Shown: positions 1-12,154, numbered from the stretch's first letter. The stretch is 64,000 nt of DNA from Obrimoposthia wandeli (GCA_977020255.1 CDROCS010000410.1:186001-250000); one strand, 5' to 3'. The notes: generated by a model from the letters alone, not told the origin. Made by a program: numbers and translations.

Positions 1-2
1 GT

Positions 3-227
3 GAAGCAAGTCGTAAAGATTGCGCTGGCGTGATCTTATACTGCGCTGAATTAGCCACTAAAATGGCCCTCGATACCATCCAGTTATTAGGTGGTAATGG
101 TTACAGTAACGAATATGCTGCAGGTCGCTTATTGCGTGACGCTAAGCTCTATGAAATTGGCGCTGGCACATCAGAAATGCGCAGAATGCTGATTGGGCGT
201 GAACTGTTTAACGAATCAAGAGGATAG
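3..227 (+). CDS. liuA: Isovaleryl-CoA dehydrogenase, C-terminal part (gene begins before the window)
   Basis: Frame is open from base 3 ([13 protein letters not shown]...). Acyl-CoA dehydrogenase C-terminal motifs IQLLGGNGY and [14 protein letters not shown]. First gene of a liu-type operon. Confidence 0.9.
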   Translation, partial: EASRKDCAGVILYCAELATKMALDTIQLLGGNGYSNEYAAGRLLRDAKLYEIGAGTSEMRRMLIGRELFNESRG

Positions 228-232
228 CGAAC

Positions 233-1840
233 ATGGCTGAAATCGGCACGGCGCTAAACATCAAACAACCTCTGTTTATGGCAAAGCAACAGGCCATGCA
301 GGCGCTTGTTCAACAGCTCGAAAATAATGTCGCCCAAGTCAAGAAAGGCGGAGGCGAAATAGCCCAACAACGTCACTTAGCCCGTGGGAAAATGCTTGCC
401 CGTGACCGTGTTGATGCATTATTGGATCCTGGTTCGCCACTACTCGAACTCGGGCAGTTTGCCGCTTGGCAGTATTATGACGATGAAGTACCCGCAGCGG
501 GTGTCATCGCGGGCATTGGCCGAGTCAAAGGTATCGAATGCATGATTATCGCCAACGATGCCACCGTGAAAGGCGGGACCTATTACCCACTCACGGTGAA
601 AAAGCATTTACGCGCCCAAGAAATTGCCGAACGCTGCTGCCTGCCCTGTATCTATTTAGTTGATTCTGGCGGTGCTTTTTTACCCCGCCAAGATGAAGTC
701 TTTCCTGACCGTGACCACTTTGGCCGTATCTTCTTTAATCAAGCTAATATGTCCGCCAAAGGCATTCCACAAATAGCATCAGTAATGGGCTTATGTACAG
801 CGGGTGGTGCTTATGTTCCAGCCATGGCTGATGAATCTATTATTGTAAAACAGCAAGGTACTATCTTCCTCGCTGGACCGCCGTTAGTGAAAGCAGCAAC
901 GGGTGAAGATGTCACAGCGGAAGAACTCGGTGGCGCCGATGTACACTGTAAAATATCAGGTGTTGCAGATCATTACGCCGAAAATGACGCCCACGCATTA
1001 CAACTCGTACGCCAAGCTATCAGTAATATCAATCATATAAAACGACCTGATTTAACTGTTTATCCCAGCATACCTCCACGCTTTGACAGCTTAGAATTAT
1101 ATGGCATTGTCGGCACCAACTTAAAAAAACAATTCGATGTCAAAGAAGTCATTGCACGTATTGTCGATAACTCTGAATTAGATGAATTTAAGCAATATTA
1201 TGGTTCTACATTAGTCTGCGGGTTTGCGCGTATTCATGGCTACCCTGTCGGTATCATTGCCAATAATGGCGTGTTATTTTCCGAATCAGCACAAAAAGGT
1301 GCGCACTTTATACAGCTGTGTTGTAAACGTAAGATCCCGTTAGTCTTCCTGCAAAATATCACTGGATTTATGGTCGGTAAAAAGTATGAAGCCGAGGGTA
1401 TTGCAAAGCATGGAGCTAAAATGGTGGCGGCGGTATCTTGCGCACAAGTGCCTAAATTCACGGTCATTATTGGCGGCAGTTACGGCGCAGGTAATTATGG
1501 TATGTGTGGCCGTGCTTACGATCCCACCCTGTTGTGGATATGGCCAAATGCCAGGATCTCGGTTATGGGTGGCGAACAAGCCGCGAGCGTGCTTAGCCAA
1601 GTCAAAAAAGACGGTTTAGCCCGTAACAACAAAACCATGACAGATACAGAAGAAGCCGATTTTAAAGCCCCGATCATTAAGCAGTATGAAACACAAGGCG
1701 ACCCTTATTATGCCAGCGCACGCTTATGGGATGACGGCATTATCGATCCACTTCAGACCAGACAAGTATTAGGATTAGCAATATCAGCGGCATTAAATGC
1801 ACCGATTGCCGATACCCAGTTTGGCGTTTTCAGAATGTAG
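233..1840 (+). CDS. liuB: 3-methylcrotonyl-CoA carboxylase beta (carboxyltransferase) subunit
   Basis: Carboxyltransferase motifs [39 protein letters not shown]; operon context. Confidence 0.95.
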   Translation: MAEIGTALNIKQPLFMAKQQAMQALVQQLENNVAQVKKGGGEIAQQRHLARGKMLARDRVDALLDPGSPLLELGQFAAWQYYDDEVPAAGVIAGIGRVKGIECMIIANDATVKGGTYYPLTVKKHLRAQEIAERCCLPCIYLVDSGGAFLPRQDEVFPDRDHFGRIFFNQANMSAKGIPQIASVMGLCTAGGAYVPAMADESIIVKQQGTIFLAGPPLVKAATGEDVTAEELGGADVHCKISGVADHYAENDAHALQLVRQAISNINHIKRPDLTVYPSIPPRFDSLELYGIVGTNLKKQFDVKEVIARIVDNSELDEFKQYYGSTLVCGFARIHGYPVGIIANNGVLFSESAQKGAHFIQLCCKRKIPLVFLQNITGFMVGKKYEAEGIAKHGAKMVAAVSCAQVPKFTVIIGGSYGAGNYGMCGRAYDPTLLWIWPNARISVMGGEQAASVLSQVKKDGLARNNKTMTDTEEADFKAPIIKQYETQGDPYYASARLWDDGIIDPLQTRQVLGLAISAALNAPIADTQFGVFRM

Positions 1841-1915
1841 CAGAAAGCAAAGTAACTGAATAAAAAGAACTTAATAAAGTGTCACTTATTTAAACTACAC
1901 CGTTAGGGTCCATGA

Positions 1916-2731
1916 ATGACAAAACAATCCGAACAGTTAAACATCATCAATGCAGCTCACTTCCACACGACGATTGATGATCGCGGTATCGCCACCATAA
2001 CCTTGACTAGACCCAAGGTACGTAATGCTTTTAATGCAGAAACCATTCATCATCTACTAACCACACTGGCCGTATTAAAACATGATCAAGCTGTACGTAT
2101 CTTGCTATTAAGAGCCCAAGGACAGCACTTCTCTGCTGGTGCCGATATAAACTGGATGAAAGATGTCGCCAAATTAGGTTATCAAGAAAACCTTGCTGAC
2201 GCGGCTCAATTAGCCAAACTGATGGACGCATTAAACCAATTCCCTAAACCAACACTAGCCCTACTACAAGGTGCTTGTTTTGGTGGAGCTATTGGTCTAG
2301 TGGCCTGTTGTGATATTGCGCTAGCGACATCAACAACATCATTTTGCTTAAGTGAAGTGAAAATAGGCCTTATTCCAGCAGTAATCAGCCCTTATGTCGT
2401 TACCGCGATGGGAGCAAGGCAAGCCCGTCGCTACTGCCTGACAGGTGAACTATTTAGCGCAGCCCAAGCTTTAGAGTATGGCTTGCTCCACCAGATTGGG
2501 GATGATTTAGATTCACTCGCCGCGCCATTTATCGATAACCTACTTCGTAACAGCCCCGCGGCAATGCAAGCCGTAAAATCCCTCATTCATGACATTAACA
2601 ACCACGCCATCAATGACACATTAATTGCCGATACCAGTCAACGTATCGCCGCGATTCGGGTAACGAGCGAAGCACAGGAAGGGCTAGATGCATTTCTGAA
2701 TAAACGCCAACCCGACTGGACTAAGACGTAA
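1916..2731 (+). CDS. liuC: Methylglutaconyl-CoA hydratase (crotonase family)
   Basis: Crotonase motifs FSAGADINWM, GGAIGLVACCD, FCLSEVKIGLIPAVISPY; lies between the two MCC subunits. Confidence 0.9.
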   Translation: MTKQSEQLNIINAAHFHTTIDDRGIATITLTRPKVRNAFNAETIHHLLTTLAVLKHDQAVRILLLRAQGQHFSAGADINWMKDVAKLGYQENLADAAQLAKLMDALNQFPKPTLALLQGACFGGAIGLVACCDIALATSTTSFCLSEVKIGLIPAVISPYVVTAMGARQARRYCLTGELFSAAQALEYGLLHQIGDDLDSLAAPFIDNLLRNSPAAMQAVKSLIHDINNHAINDTLIADTSQRIAAIRVTSEAQEGLDAFLNKRQPDWTKT

Positions 2732-2754
2732 GACGTAAGATAAGGAATAAGGCT

Positions 2755-4935
2755 ATGTCGCATCAGGTTGCACCGTTATCACCTTTAAATAAAGCACAGT
2801 TTAATAAGGCTCTTTTTAATAAGCCTCTTTTTTATAAAATACTGATCGCTAATCGCGGGGAAATTGCCTGTCGTATTATCGAGACTGCGCAACGTCTTGG
2901 TATAAAGTGTGTGGCGATCTACTCAGCGGCAGATACCAACGCGCGGCATGTTAAAATGGCGGACGAAGCCTTTTATCTCGGGCCAGCCCCTGCGACAGAA
3001 TCTTATCTGAATAGCCAACGTATACTCGACATAGCGCAACAAGCCAATGTCCAAGCTATCCACCCCGGTTATGGTTTTTTATCCGAAAATGCAGCATTCG
3101 CCCAAGCCTGTGCAGATCAAGGACTCATCTTCATCGGCCCAAGTGTTGACGCCATTACCACGATGGGTAGTAAGAGCGCTGCAAAAGTAATAATGACTAC
3201 CGCCAATGTGCCACTTGTGCCGGGTTATCATGGTAAAGCGCAAGATGAACCTACATTACAACAACAATCACAACACGTCGGTTATCCGCAACTGCTCAAA
3301 GCGGTATATGGTGGCGGCGGTAAAGGCATGCGCATCGTCTATAATGCTGAAGAGTTTAGCCAAGCACTCGCCACCACCAAACGTGAGGCCATGGCCAGTT
3401 TTGGTAATGACGATATGTTAATAGAGCGCTACTTAACCAAAACCCGTCATGTTGAAATACAGGTATTTAGTGACAATGATGGCAACTGTATTTACTTATC
3501 TCAGCGCGATTGTTCAATTCAACGTCGCCATCAAAAAGTGCTCGAAGAGGCACCCGCTCCCGCACTGCCGCATGCAATCCAAGTTGCCATGGGAGAAACT
3601 GCCGTCGCAGCGGCCCAAGCCATCAATTATCAAGGCGCGGGTACCGTTGAATTCTTATACGACGAACAAGGTCAATTCTATTTCATGGAGATGAATACCC
3701 GCCTGCAGGTAGAGCATCCTGTCACAGAGATGATCACGGGATTAGATTTGGTCGAGTGGCAGTTATATATTGCTAACGGCGCGCCCTTACCACTGACTCA
3801 AACACAAGTTAAAATTACCGGCCATGCTATCGAAGTGCGTATCTACGCCGAGGACACCGACAAGGACTTTATCCCCGCCAGCGGTCGTATTGCTTTTTTA
3901 AATCAACCACCAGCATCTCGACATGTGCGTATTGATACCGGGGTTGTTGCAGGTGATGAAATAAGCCCCTATTACGATCCCATGATTGCCAAGCTAATTG
4001 TTTGGGATCATACTCGCGACTTGGCTATTGTGCGCCTGCAAACCGCCTTAGCAAACTATAAGATCGCTGGTATTAAAACCAATATTGGTTTCCTTACACA
4101 GTTGTCGCATGTACCAGCACTACAAAAAGCTGAACTCAATACAGACTTCCTGCCAACACATGCAGCGCTATTATCAGTAGTACCAGAAAATATTAATTAT
4201 GCGTTACTCTTCGCAGCCCTCACCTTGCAACTGCAAGCTAAATCAGATCCCAACACTATTCACAACACTATTCACAACACTATTCACAACAGCATCGAGG
4301 ATAATGATTCCCCTTGGGCACAAACGACAGGCTGGCGTTTGAATCAACCAGCAATCAACACAGTTAAATTAGCAACCGCGAATAACGATCAAGAACAGCA
4401 CCAATACAGCCTCGATATGACGACACTCGCTCAAGGTTATCAAATTAAGCTGCATAGCTATGCTAATGAACCACAAGAATATCAGGTTCACGGTGAACTC
4501 TTGGGTAATGAACTAACCGCATTTATTGATGGCCATAGAGTACAGGCAACCGTGGTGGTATCCGCATTACAAGTTACCGTCTTTTACGCCGGAAACACTT
4601 GTTTGCTATTTCGCCAAACAGCTAAACAAATTACGCCGCAACCCGTTATGCAAAACAGGACCTCAACAACTAATATTAATACTGTAGTGGAAACAAAGAT
4701 CACTGCACCAATGAATGGCGTTATCGTCAGTGTGCTTTGCCAACCGAATCAAGTGGTCGAGGCTGGTGAACCGTTAGTCGTGATGGAAGCGATGAAAATG
4801 GAATGCAACATAACCGCACCAACAGCTGGCACAATAACAGCAGTGTGTTATCAAGATGGTGACATGGTTGAAGATGGTGCTGAATTAATACAGTTAACCC
4901 CTTCACCCATACTTGATAACAAGGAACAAACCTGA
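2755..4935 (+). CDS. liuD: 3-methylcrotonyl-CoA carboxylase alpha (biotin carboxylase plus biotin carrier) subunit
   Basis: [36 protein letters not shown] and biotinylation motif EAMKME. Confidence 0.95.
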   Translation: MSHQVAPLSPLNKAQFNKALFNKPLFYKILIANRGEIACRIIETAQRLGIKCVAIYSAADTNARHVKMADEAFYLGPAPATESYLNSQRILDIAQQANVQAIHPGYGFLSENAAFAQACADQGLIFIGPSVDAITTMGSKSAAKVIMTTANVPLVPGYHGKAQDEPTLQQQSQHVGYPQLLKAVYGGGGKGMRIVYNAEEFSQALATTKREAMASFGNDDMLIERYLTKTRHVEIQVFSDNDGNCIYLSQRDCSIQRRHQKVLEEAPAPALPHAIQVAMGETAVAAAQAINYQGAGTVEFLYDEQGQFYFMEMNTRLQVEHPVTEMITGLDLVEWQLYIANGAPLPLTQTQVKITGHAIEVRIYAEDTDKDFIPASGRIAFLNQPPASRHVRIDTGVVAGDEISPYYDPMIAKLIVWDHTRDLAIVRLQTALANYKIAGIKTNIGFLTQLSHVPALQKAELNTDFLPTHAALLSVVPENINYALLFAALTLQLQAKSDPNTIHNTIHNTIHNSIEDNDSPWAQTTGWRLNQPAINTVKLATANNDQEQHQYSLDMTTLAQGYQIKLHSYANEPQEYQVHGELLGNELTAFIDGHRVQATVVVSALQVTVFYAGNTCLLFRQTAKQITPQPVMQNRTSTTNINTVVETKITAPMNGVIVSVLCQPNQVVEAGEPLVVMEAMKMECNITAPTAGTITAVCYQDGDMVEDGAELIQLTPSPILDNKEQT
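2785..2838 (+). repeat. Degenerate 15-bp tandem repeat in liuD N-terminus ([18 protein letters not shown])
   Basis: ttaaataaagcacag / tttaataaggctctt / tttaataagcctctt / ttttataaa, read directly. Confidence 0.8.
4251..4291 (+). repeat. Perfect 12-bp tandem repeat (CAACACTATTCA x3 plus partial) in liuD, encoding NTIH x3
   Basis: Read directly from the sequence. Confidence 0.95.
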
Positions 4936-5903
4936 TGGCAATATTACCGATAAATACGCTTAACCAGCCCTCTGAAAATCAATACCAACTCCCTGAACGA
5001 GTTAAAATTGTCGAGGTTGGGCCCCGAGACGGACTGCAAAATGAAATAGCGATAAGTCTAAATGATAAAATATCGCTGGTTAATATGCTCAGTCATACCG
5101 GGTTAAGCATGATTGAATCGGGTAGTTTTGTATCACCTAAATGGATACCACAAATGGCCAATAGTGGTGAACTGTTTAGACGAATTAAACGTACTAGAGG
5201 TGTTACTTACTCGGCATTGACCCCTAACTTAATCGGCTTAAATGCTGCAATTGCCGCCAACGTCGATGAAATAGCCATTTTTGGTTCTGCATCTGAAAGC
5301 TTTAGCCGTAAGAATATCAATTGTTCTATAACCGATTCGCTACGCCAATTTGAACCCGTCGTAAAACAAGCTCTCGCTGCTGGTTTACCGGTACGGGGTT
5401 ACATTTCTTGTACTCTCGGCTGCCCATACGAAGGTTACATCAGTATTAATAAAGTCGCTAAAGTCGCCCAGCAATTACACCAAATGGGCTGTTATCAAAT
5501 TAGCCTTGGCGATACCGTCGGAGTTGGTACACCGGAAGCAACTAAAGCCATGATTAACGCCGTTAGTCAGTATGTACCGATCGATAAGTTAGCGGTTCAT
5601 TTTCATGATACTTACGGCCAAGCACTGGCAAATATTTATGCCGCATTACAATTAGGGGTAAGCGTTATCGACAGTGCAGTAGCTGGATTGGGCGGGTGCC
5701 CTTATGCACAAGGTGCGTCTGGTAATGTAGCCAGTGAAGATGTGGTGTATATGCTTAATGGGTTAGGGATTGAATCCGGCGTTGATTTAAGCGAATTAAT
5801 CGCCGTCGGTAATTTTATTAGTGAACGCTTAAAACGCAGCAATGGTTCGAAAGTCGCTCAGGCTTATCCCGCCGCTCAAGCCCGGTTTCAATCATTAATA
5901 TGA
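4935..5903 (+). CDS. liuE: Hydroxymethylglutaryl-CoA lyase
   Basis: [38 protein letters not shown] motifs; start overlaps the liuD stop. Confidence 0.95.
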   Translation: MAILPINTLNQPSENQYQLPERVKIVEVGPRDGLQNEIAISLNDKISLVNMLSHTGLSMIESGSFVSPKWIPQMANSGELFRRIKRTRGVTYSALTPNLIGLNAAIAANVDEIAIFGSASESFSRKNINCSITDSLRQFEPVVKQALAAGLPVRGYISCTLGCPYEGYISINKVAKVAQQLHQMGCYQISLGDTVGVGTPEATKAMINAVSQYVPIDKLAVHFHDTYGQALANIYAALQLGVSVIDSAVAGLGGCPYAQGASGNVASEDVVYMLNGLGIESGVDLSELIAVGNFISERLKRSNGSKVAQAYPAAQARFQSLI

Positions 5904-5904
5904 G

Positions 5905-8051
5905 GTGATAATGACAGCGCAGCTAACCATTCCCATTTGGACACCAAGTAAAGCACGTATTGATGGCAGTAACATCACCCGTTACCTGCAGTTTTTACGC
6001 GATGAATACTGCCTGACATTTAGTCATTACCAACAATTACATCAATGGAGTATCGACAATACTGCGTTATTTTGGGGTTCAATCGTCTGCTTTTTTAAAC
6101 CCAAAGGCCACTTCAATCTTGAGCGTATTTTTGTCGAAGATGACTGTTTTTATCACTGCCAATGGTTTCCTGATTCAACGCTAAATTTTGCCGAAAACCT
6201 ACTGTATCCTAAAAATATAACGAATTTTAATACTGCCATTAATACCGATACCGATAGTAAAAGTAAAAGCGACAATAAACTAGCCATCATCAGTCACGGT
6301 GAAGATGGCCGCCGCAGTCAGCTCAGCTATAAACAATTACGTGATGAAGTCACTCGCGTTGCAGGCGCGATGCGAGAACTCGGTATTGTAAAAGGTGATC
6401 GCGTTGCCGCTATATTACCCAACTGCAGTGAAGCTATTGTGGCGATGCTTGCCACGACGAGCATTGGCGCTATTTGGTCATCTTGTTCGCCTGATTTTGG
6501 TCATCAAGGTGTACTGGATAGGTTTACCCAAATCCAACCTAAATTATTGTTCGCCTGCAACGGTTATCACTACGCTGGTAAAGCAATTAATATCACCACT
6601 AAAGTGACCGCCATTACCCGAGCATTACCTGAGTTACGCAAACTCATCATAGTGCCCTATCTCACCGCAGAGCAAATACCACCATCAGCTACACCTGACC
6701 TTGCCCCTGCTAATACTGATGCGATACAGATACAGATACAGATAATCCTGCAGTTAAACACTGTCTGTGGCAATATTTTAGCGCGGCTATTCCTCGTTCA
6801 TTAAGCTTTGCAGCGGTTAAATTTTCAGACCCGCTTTATATTCTCTACTCGTCTGGCACAACGGGTATTCCCAAGTGCATTGTCCACAGTGTTGGCGGCA
6901 CCTTATTACAACATGTGAAAGAGCTTGCCTTGCACACTGACGTTCAGGTCGATGATCGTATTTTTTATTACACTACATGTGGTTGGATGATGTGGAATTG
7001 GTTAGTCAGCAGCTTGTCTCAAGGCGCTACATTAGTGCTATTTGACGGTTCGCCATTTCACCCACACAAACAGATACTCTTTGAACTCGCAGACACAGAA
7101 AAAGTGTCTATATTTGGCGCGAGTGCTAAGTATTACTCCGCTTGTGACAAAGCGGCATTACGACCCGCTAATAACTATGACTTTAGTCATTTAAAAACGT
7201 TGTTATCAACAGGTTCGCCTTTGTCACACGAGAGCTTTGATTATATTTATCAATATATTAAAAAAGATTTATGCGTCTCGAGTATCAGTGGTGGTACTGA
7301 CATTATCTCTTGCTTCACGCTCGGTATGCCAACACTGCCGGTTTACCGCGGTGAGCTACAATGTTTAGGTTTAGGTATGGATGTCGCCTTCATGCATAGT
7401 GAAGGTTCAAAACAAGTAGCTGAAGGTAAAGGGGAACTGGTTTGTCGTCAGCCCTTCCCGTCAATGCCAACTGGATTTTGGCAAGATCCTGGCGATCGTA
7501 AATATCATCACGCTTATTTCAGTCGTTTTGATAATATCTGGGCGCATGGTGATTATGGCGAGCTGAAGATACACCATATTAACGCCAATACTGACGATAA
7601 GAACAAATTACAGAATATCGAAATAAATCAAATTGGCGTTATCATCCATGGCCGTTCCGATGCCGTATTAAACCCCGGAGGCGTGCGTATTGGCACGGCA
7701 GAAATATACCGCCAAGTAGAAAAATTACCGGAAATACAAGAATCTATCGCGATTGGGCAACAATGGCAGGATGATGTACGTGTGATCTTGTTTGTACGTT
7801 TATCCGCGGACATTGCCTTAGATAGCCAATTAATCCGTAAAATTAAACATGTTATCCGTAGCAATACTAGCCCAAGACATGTACCCGCTAAAATCATCGC
7901 GGTGGCTGATATACCCAAAACGATCAGTGGCAAGATCGTCGAACTAGCAGTCCGTAACGTGGTGCACGGTATTGCCGTAACCAATAAAGATGCCCTCGCC
8001 AACCCTGAAGCTCTCGCCTTGTTTGCTAATTTAGCTGAACTACAATATTAA
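5905..8051 (+). pseudogene. acsA: Acetoacetyl-CoA synthetase interrupted by one frameshift (ORFs 5905-6804 and 6915-8051)
   Basis: The 5' ORF has LNFAENLL and GAIWSSCSPDFG. The AMP-binding motif [18 protein letters not shown] lies in the downstream frame, which is open from 6720 (TGA at 6717-6719). The 3' ORF has [35 protein letters not shown]. Could be a sequencing error. Confidence 0.8.
6723..6744 (+). repeat. 6-bp tandem repeat (GATACA x3 plus GATA) at the acsA frameshift
   Basis: gataca gataca gataca gata, read directly. Confidence 0.9.
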
Positions 8052-8068
8052 GATTTTTATATTACCCC

Positions 8069-8102
8069 TTGAATATCGTATATTATAAATGTACGATATT
8101 CA
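8069..8102 (+). promoter_or_regulatory. Putative sigma70 promoter (TTGAAT-N17-TACGAT) overlapped by an 11-bp inverted repeat; candidate ArsR-family operator
   Basis: tgaatatcgta (8070-8080) and tacgatattca (8092-8102) are exact reverse complements. The site is about 50 bp upstream of the yeeE-yedE-arsR operon. Confidence 0.6.
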
Positions 8103-8150
8103 TTATACTGAAAAGACTAGTGATATATACCACAACACGAGACTAAATAA

Positions 8151-8579
8151 ATGACGCAGTTAACCCTATTAGATTCAATCTTCGGCGGTCTGTTTTTATC
8201 CATTGCCGCTTTATTCATGCTCTTTGGTATCGGTAAGCTGAGTGGTATTTCCGGTATCTTTTACAATTTAAAAAACAGTAAATCACCCAGCGAACATTGG
8301 CGAATAGTATTTATCCTCGGTTTAGTGATAAGTCCTTTCTTTGCGCATTTTTTAGGGTTTTCATTACCGAGTAGTATTGATGTCAGTTGGCCTGCGATCA
8401 TCATAGGTGGCTTGCTTGTCGGGTTCGGTACTCGCATTGGTTCAGGCTGTACCAGTGGCCATGGTATCTGTGGTATAGGTCGACTTTCAATGCGATCAGT
8501 GGTCGCGACAATCACCTTTATGAGCACAGGCATTATTACTGTGTTTATCGTCAATAACCTTTTGTCATCAACAGTATAA
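8151..8579 (+). CDS. YeeE/YedE-family sulfur-compound transporter subunit
   Basis: Hydrophobic 142 aa with the motif GSGCTSGHGICGIGRLS. Confidence 0.9.
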   Translation: MTQLTLLDSIFGGLFLSIAALFMLFGIGKLSGISGIFYNLKNSKSPSEHWRIVFILGLVISPFFAHFLGFSLPSSIDVSWPAIIIGGLLVGFGTRIGSGCTSGHGICGIGRLSMRSVVATITFMSTGIITVFIVNNLLSSTV

Positions 8580-8592
8580 GTTAGGATAAAAA

Positions 8593-9024
8593 ATGAAATT
8601 ATTCATCGCCTTGTTCAGTGGTATCTTGTTTGGTATTGGCTTAATTATTGCGCAAATGGTCAACCCAAATAAGATATTCAATTTTCTTGATATTAGCGGT
8701 GACTGGGATCCAAGTTTGGCCTTCGTCATGGGGTCGGCGTTATTGCTCTTTATCCCTGCTTATAAGCTATTGAAGAAAAAATTACAGCAGCCTTTATTTG
8801 CAGATGAATTCAGTCTACCGACAGCCAAGTTAATCGACCGCCGTTTGATCATTGGCGCTGGACTGTTTGGTATCGGTTGGGGGATTTCAGGTATTTGCCC
8901 CGGCCCTGCATTGGTAAATATAGCAGGTGGAGAACCGAAGATTTACGTCTTTATATTTGCAATGATGCTGGGGATGTATATTTCTAATTATGTTAATATA
9001 GCCCTATCAAAGCCAAAAGATTGA
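8593..9024 (+). CDS. YeeE/YedE-family partner membrane protein
   Basis: GMVNP-like start, FLDISGDWDPSLAFVMG and GWGISGICPGPAL motifs. Confidence 0.9.
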   Translation: MKLFIALFSGILFGIGLIIAQMVNPNKIFNFLDISGDWDPSLAFVMGSALLLFIPAYKLLKKKLQQPLFADEFSLPTAKLIDRRLIIGAGLFGIGWGISGICPGPALVNIAGGEPKIYVFIFAMMLGMYISNYVNIALSKPKD

Positions 9025-9030
9025 TTAACT

Positions 9031-9336
9031 ATGACTGAACAAATGAGCATGGAGCGATTTGAGAAAAACGCCTCGAAAGCTGAATCTCTGATGAAAGCAT
9101 TAAGTAACAAACATCGCTTAATGATATTGTGCTTATTACAGCAAGGTGAGCTGTCCGTATCAGCGCTGAATGAATTAATTCCGATCCCGCAATCGACGTT
9201 ATCACAACATCTTGCTTGGTTGAGACGTGAGAAATACGTGAAGACACGCCGTGAAGCGCAGACTATCTACTACCAATTGGATGATAGCAACGTGACAAAA
9301 GTGATTAACGTATTGCACGACATCTTTTGTGATTGA
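9031..9336 (+). CDS. ArsR/SmtB-family repressor of BigR/SqrR type
   Basis: HTH LSQHLAWLR; Cys pair in LMILC and C-terminal IFC positions typical of persulfide sensors. Confidence 0.85.
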   Translation: MTEQMSMERFEKNASKAESLMKALSNKHRLMILCLLQQGELSVSALNELIPIPQSTLSQHLAWLRREKYVKTRREAQTIYYQLDDSNVTKVINVLHDIFCD

Positions 9337-9372
9337 GCTTATACTGCCGTTGTGATCCCAAAAGATAACAAT

Positions 9373-9403
9373 AAAAAAGGGTGCAAATATATGCACCCTT
9401 TTT
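9373..9403. terminator. Bidirectional intrinsic terminator between arsR and catalase
   Basis: aaaaaagggtgca-aatata-tgcacccttttt. Confidence 0.85.
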
Positions 9404-9439
9404 GCTAACTAAGTTTTGCTGCTATAACCAGCCTAATCC

Positions 9440-10891
9440 CTAGTTTTGATATTTACTTACATCAATACCTAGCAACTTAGCAATACCGTGAGCATAAGCT
9501 GGGTCTGCTTTAAAACAATGACGTAAATGACGAAGTTGAATTTCTTCAGGCACGCCACCAATATTACGAGCGGTATTATCAAATAACACAGCTTGCTTTT
9601 CTGGCGTCATCAAACGGAATAAATCCCCTGGCTGGCTAAAGTAATCATCATCTTCACGGTGATCCCAATGTGCAGCTGCGCCATCTAAACTTAACGGTGG
9701 CTCAGAGAAGTCTGGTTGTTCAGCCCATTCACCTTGATCATTTGGCTCATAACCAACCGTACCGCCATGATTACCGTCAACACGCATCGCGCCATCTCGA
9801 TGATAACTGTGTACCGGGCAACGCGGTGCATTCACCGGAATACTGTGATGATTTACACCCAAACGATAACGCTGTGCATCACCATACGAGAACAAGCGAC
9901 CTTGTAACATTTTATCTGGAGAGAAACTGATACCAGGTACCACACTCGCAGGGTTAAACGCAGACTGTTCAACTTCAGCAAAGAAGTTTTCAGGATTACG
10001 GTTTAGCTCTAACTCACCCACTTCAATCAAAGGATAATCGCTATGCGGCCATACTTTCGTTAAATCAAACGGGTTGTAAGGCACTTTCGACGCATCATCT
10101 TCAGGCATGATTTGGATTTGCATCGTCCATTTAGGGAAGTCTTTATTATCAATGCTTTCAAGTAGATCGCGATGATGACTTTCGCGGTCTTTACCAATCA
10201 AGGTTTCTGATTCAGCATCAGTTAAATTCTTAATACCTTGCTGTGATTTAAAATGGAATTTAACCCAAAAACGTTCATTATCACTGTTAATAAAGCTGAA
10301 CGTATGGCTACCAAATCCGTGCATGTGACGGTAAGTTGCCGGAATACCACGATCACTCATCACAATAGTGATTTGATGTAATGCTTCAGGTAATGATGTC
10401 CAAAAATCCCAGTTATTCTTAGCACTGCGCATATTAGTGCGCGGATCGCGTTTTACCGCATGGTTAAGATCAGGGAATTTCAGTGGATCACGTAAGAAGA
10501 ACACCGGAGTATTATTACCAACCAAGTCCCAGTTACCTTCTTCGGTATAAAACTTCATCGCAAAACCACGGATATCACGTTCCGCATCAGCCGCGCCACG
10601 TTCACCAGCTACTGTAGTAAAACGGGTGAATAGCTCGGTTTTTTTACCTATTTCAGAGAATATCTTGGCTTTAGTAAATTGCGTAATATCATGAGTAACA
10701 GTAAAGGTGCCATAAGCGCCAGAACCTTTAGCGTGCATACGACGCTCTGGGATCACTTCACGATCGAAATGAGCTAGTTTTTCCAAAAACCACACGTCTT
10801 GAAGCAATTGTGGGCCTCTTTTACCTGCGGTTTGTACATTTTGGTTATGGGCAACAGGACAACCTGCTGCAGTCGTTAATTTTTTACTCAT
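9440..10891 (-). CDS. katA: Monofunctional heme catalase (small-subunit, clade 3 type)
   Basis: [17 protein letters not shown] and [11 protein letters not shown] signatures. Start taken as ATG 10891 (MSKKLTT), preceded by AAGGA. Confidence 0.95.
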   Translation of the reverse strand: MSKKLTTAAGCPVAHNQNVQTAGKRGPQLLQDVWFLEKLAHFDREVIPERRMHAKGSGAYGTFTVTHDITQFTKAKIFSEIGKKTELFTRFTTVAGERGAADAERDIRGFAMKFYTEEGNWDLVGNNTPVFFLRDPLKFPDLNHAVKRDPRTNMRSAKNNWDFWTSLPEALHQITIVMSDRGIPATYRHMHGFGSHTFSFINSDNERFWVKFHFKSQQGIKNLTDAESETLIGKDRESHHRDLLESIDNKDFPKWTMQIQIMPEDDASKVPYNPFDLTKVWPHSDYPLIEVGELELNRNPENFFAEVEQSAFNPASVVPGISFSPDKMLQGRLFSYGDAQRYRLGVNHHSIPVNAPRCPVHSYHRDGAMRVDGNHGGTVGYEPNDQGEWAEQPDFSEPPLSLDGAAAHWDHREDDDYFSQPGDLFRLMTPEKQAVLFDNTARNIGGVPEEIQLRHLRHCFKADPAYAHGIAKLLGIDVSKYQN

Positions 10892-11007
10892 CACTAATTC
10901 CTTATCTAGGCTAATTTTCACTGTAGAAACGAACGTGTATTACTGTTTTTATTTATTATTGTTATTTATTACTTATCTTTTTTTGCACTTTTATTTGCAC
11001 TTTAATC

Positions 11008-11847
11008 TCAACTTCCACTAAAAATGTTTTCTATATGTGTTTGGCCCGCTTGCTTGCCAATCAAGTAGCCTTTATTCAAGGCCGCTTTATTCATTGTTAA
11101 TCTTTTAACGTTAAATTCTTCGGGTGGTGCTATCACTCGAATGGTTAGGTCGCTCGGCGGATTTTTTATAAACTCGAGAGACTCGTTATAATTTGTTGCT
11201 CTGACCATCATCGACTTGGCAATATTAGGATGCTGAGAGAACAGTTTTTTAACCAACCATGGATATTTAATTGTTTGTTTTTCATAACTAAGTGGATGAG
11301 AAAGGACGACTGTGATGTCACGTGCACCCAGTCGATATGCTTTACGAACGGGAATCGAGTCTGCAACACCTCCATCAGTATAGCAGCCACCTGAAAAGCA
11401 AGGCGTGTCACGATAAGCAATCGGTAATGCAGTTGTGGCTTCAAGCACATTCGCTAATGTATCAGGTTGAATACGATGGTAATCAGCATCCCCTGTTTCT
11501 ATATCCGTTACTGCGGCATACATCGGAATATTGCTAAATAATTTATCATGATCAATCGGATATCTTTCTATTGACGATTCCCATAACCATTTCACATCAA
11601 CCAAATTACCGCCTTTAGCAAACCTAACCGGATTAAAAAAGGCTTTATCTGTGGCCATCGTCGTGATCACATTGAAGCTACGTTGTGGTGCGTTAGCCAA
11701 ATAACCAATCAAGTTAGATGCACCGGCCGATACACCAATAGCAAAATCGTAAGGCAAATAGTCTTGTTCCATAAAAGTATCCAATACACCGCTGGCAAAA
11801 ATACCGCGCATACCACCACCTTCAACTATTATCGCTCTTTTTTGCAT
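11008..11847 (-). CDS. Patatin-like phospholipase (YjjU type)
   Basis: EGGGMRG, GVSAG (GxSxG) and DGG motifs. Start likely ATG 11847 (MQKRAI). Confidence 0.9.
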   Translation of the reverse strand: MQKRAIIVEGGGMRGIFASGVLDTFMEQDYLPYDFAIGVSAGASNLIGYLANAPQRSFNVITTMATDKAFFNPVRFAKGGNLVDVKWLWESSIERYPIDHDKLFSNIPMYAAVTDIETGDADYHRIQPDTLANVLEATTALPIAYRDTPCFSGGCYTDGGVADSIPVRKAYRLGARDITVVLSHPLSYEKQTIKYPWLVKKLFSQHPNIAKSMMVRATNYNESLEFIKNPPSDLTIRVIAPPEEFNVKRLTMNKAALNKGYLIGKQAGQTHIENIFSGS

Positions 11848-12154
11848 TGGCTTACCCCCTTTCAAATCAATGTATAAAGAATATAGTGTTTTCACTATAA
11901 AGAAAAAGTGGTTAAACCGAAAAGAACGATAGCCAAAAACTATTGAAAATGTATTTACATGCTAAGTTATTAATTAAACACCTGTCGCACCAACTTGGTG
12001 CTTTTAGCATTAAATACCGCTTTAGTATGGTGATAAAACATATACCCATTTATAAATACATTTAGCTTTCAAATAGTTAACATTTGGCCCACTTTTTGAT
12101 ATAAATAAACATACAGACTCGTGACTTTTTAAATGAATTAGGAGTGATATAAAT

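Noticed and set aside
6720-6804. Programmed ribosomal frameshift or phase variation in acsA
   Set aside because: No X XXY YYZ slippery heptamer or long homopolymer in the allowed interval, and 6-bp unit changes cannot alter the frame.
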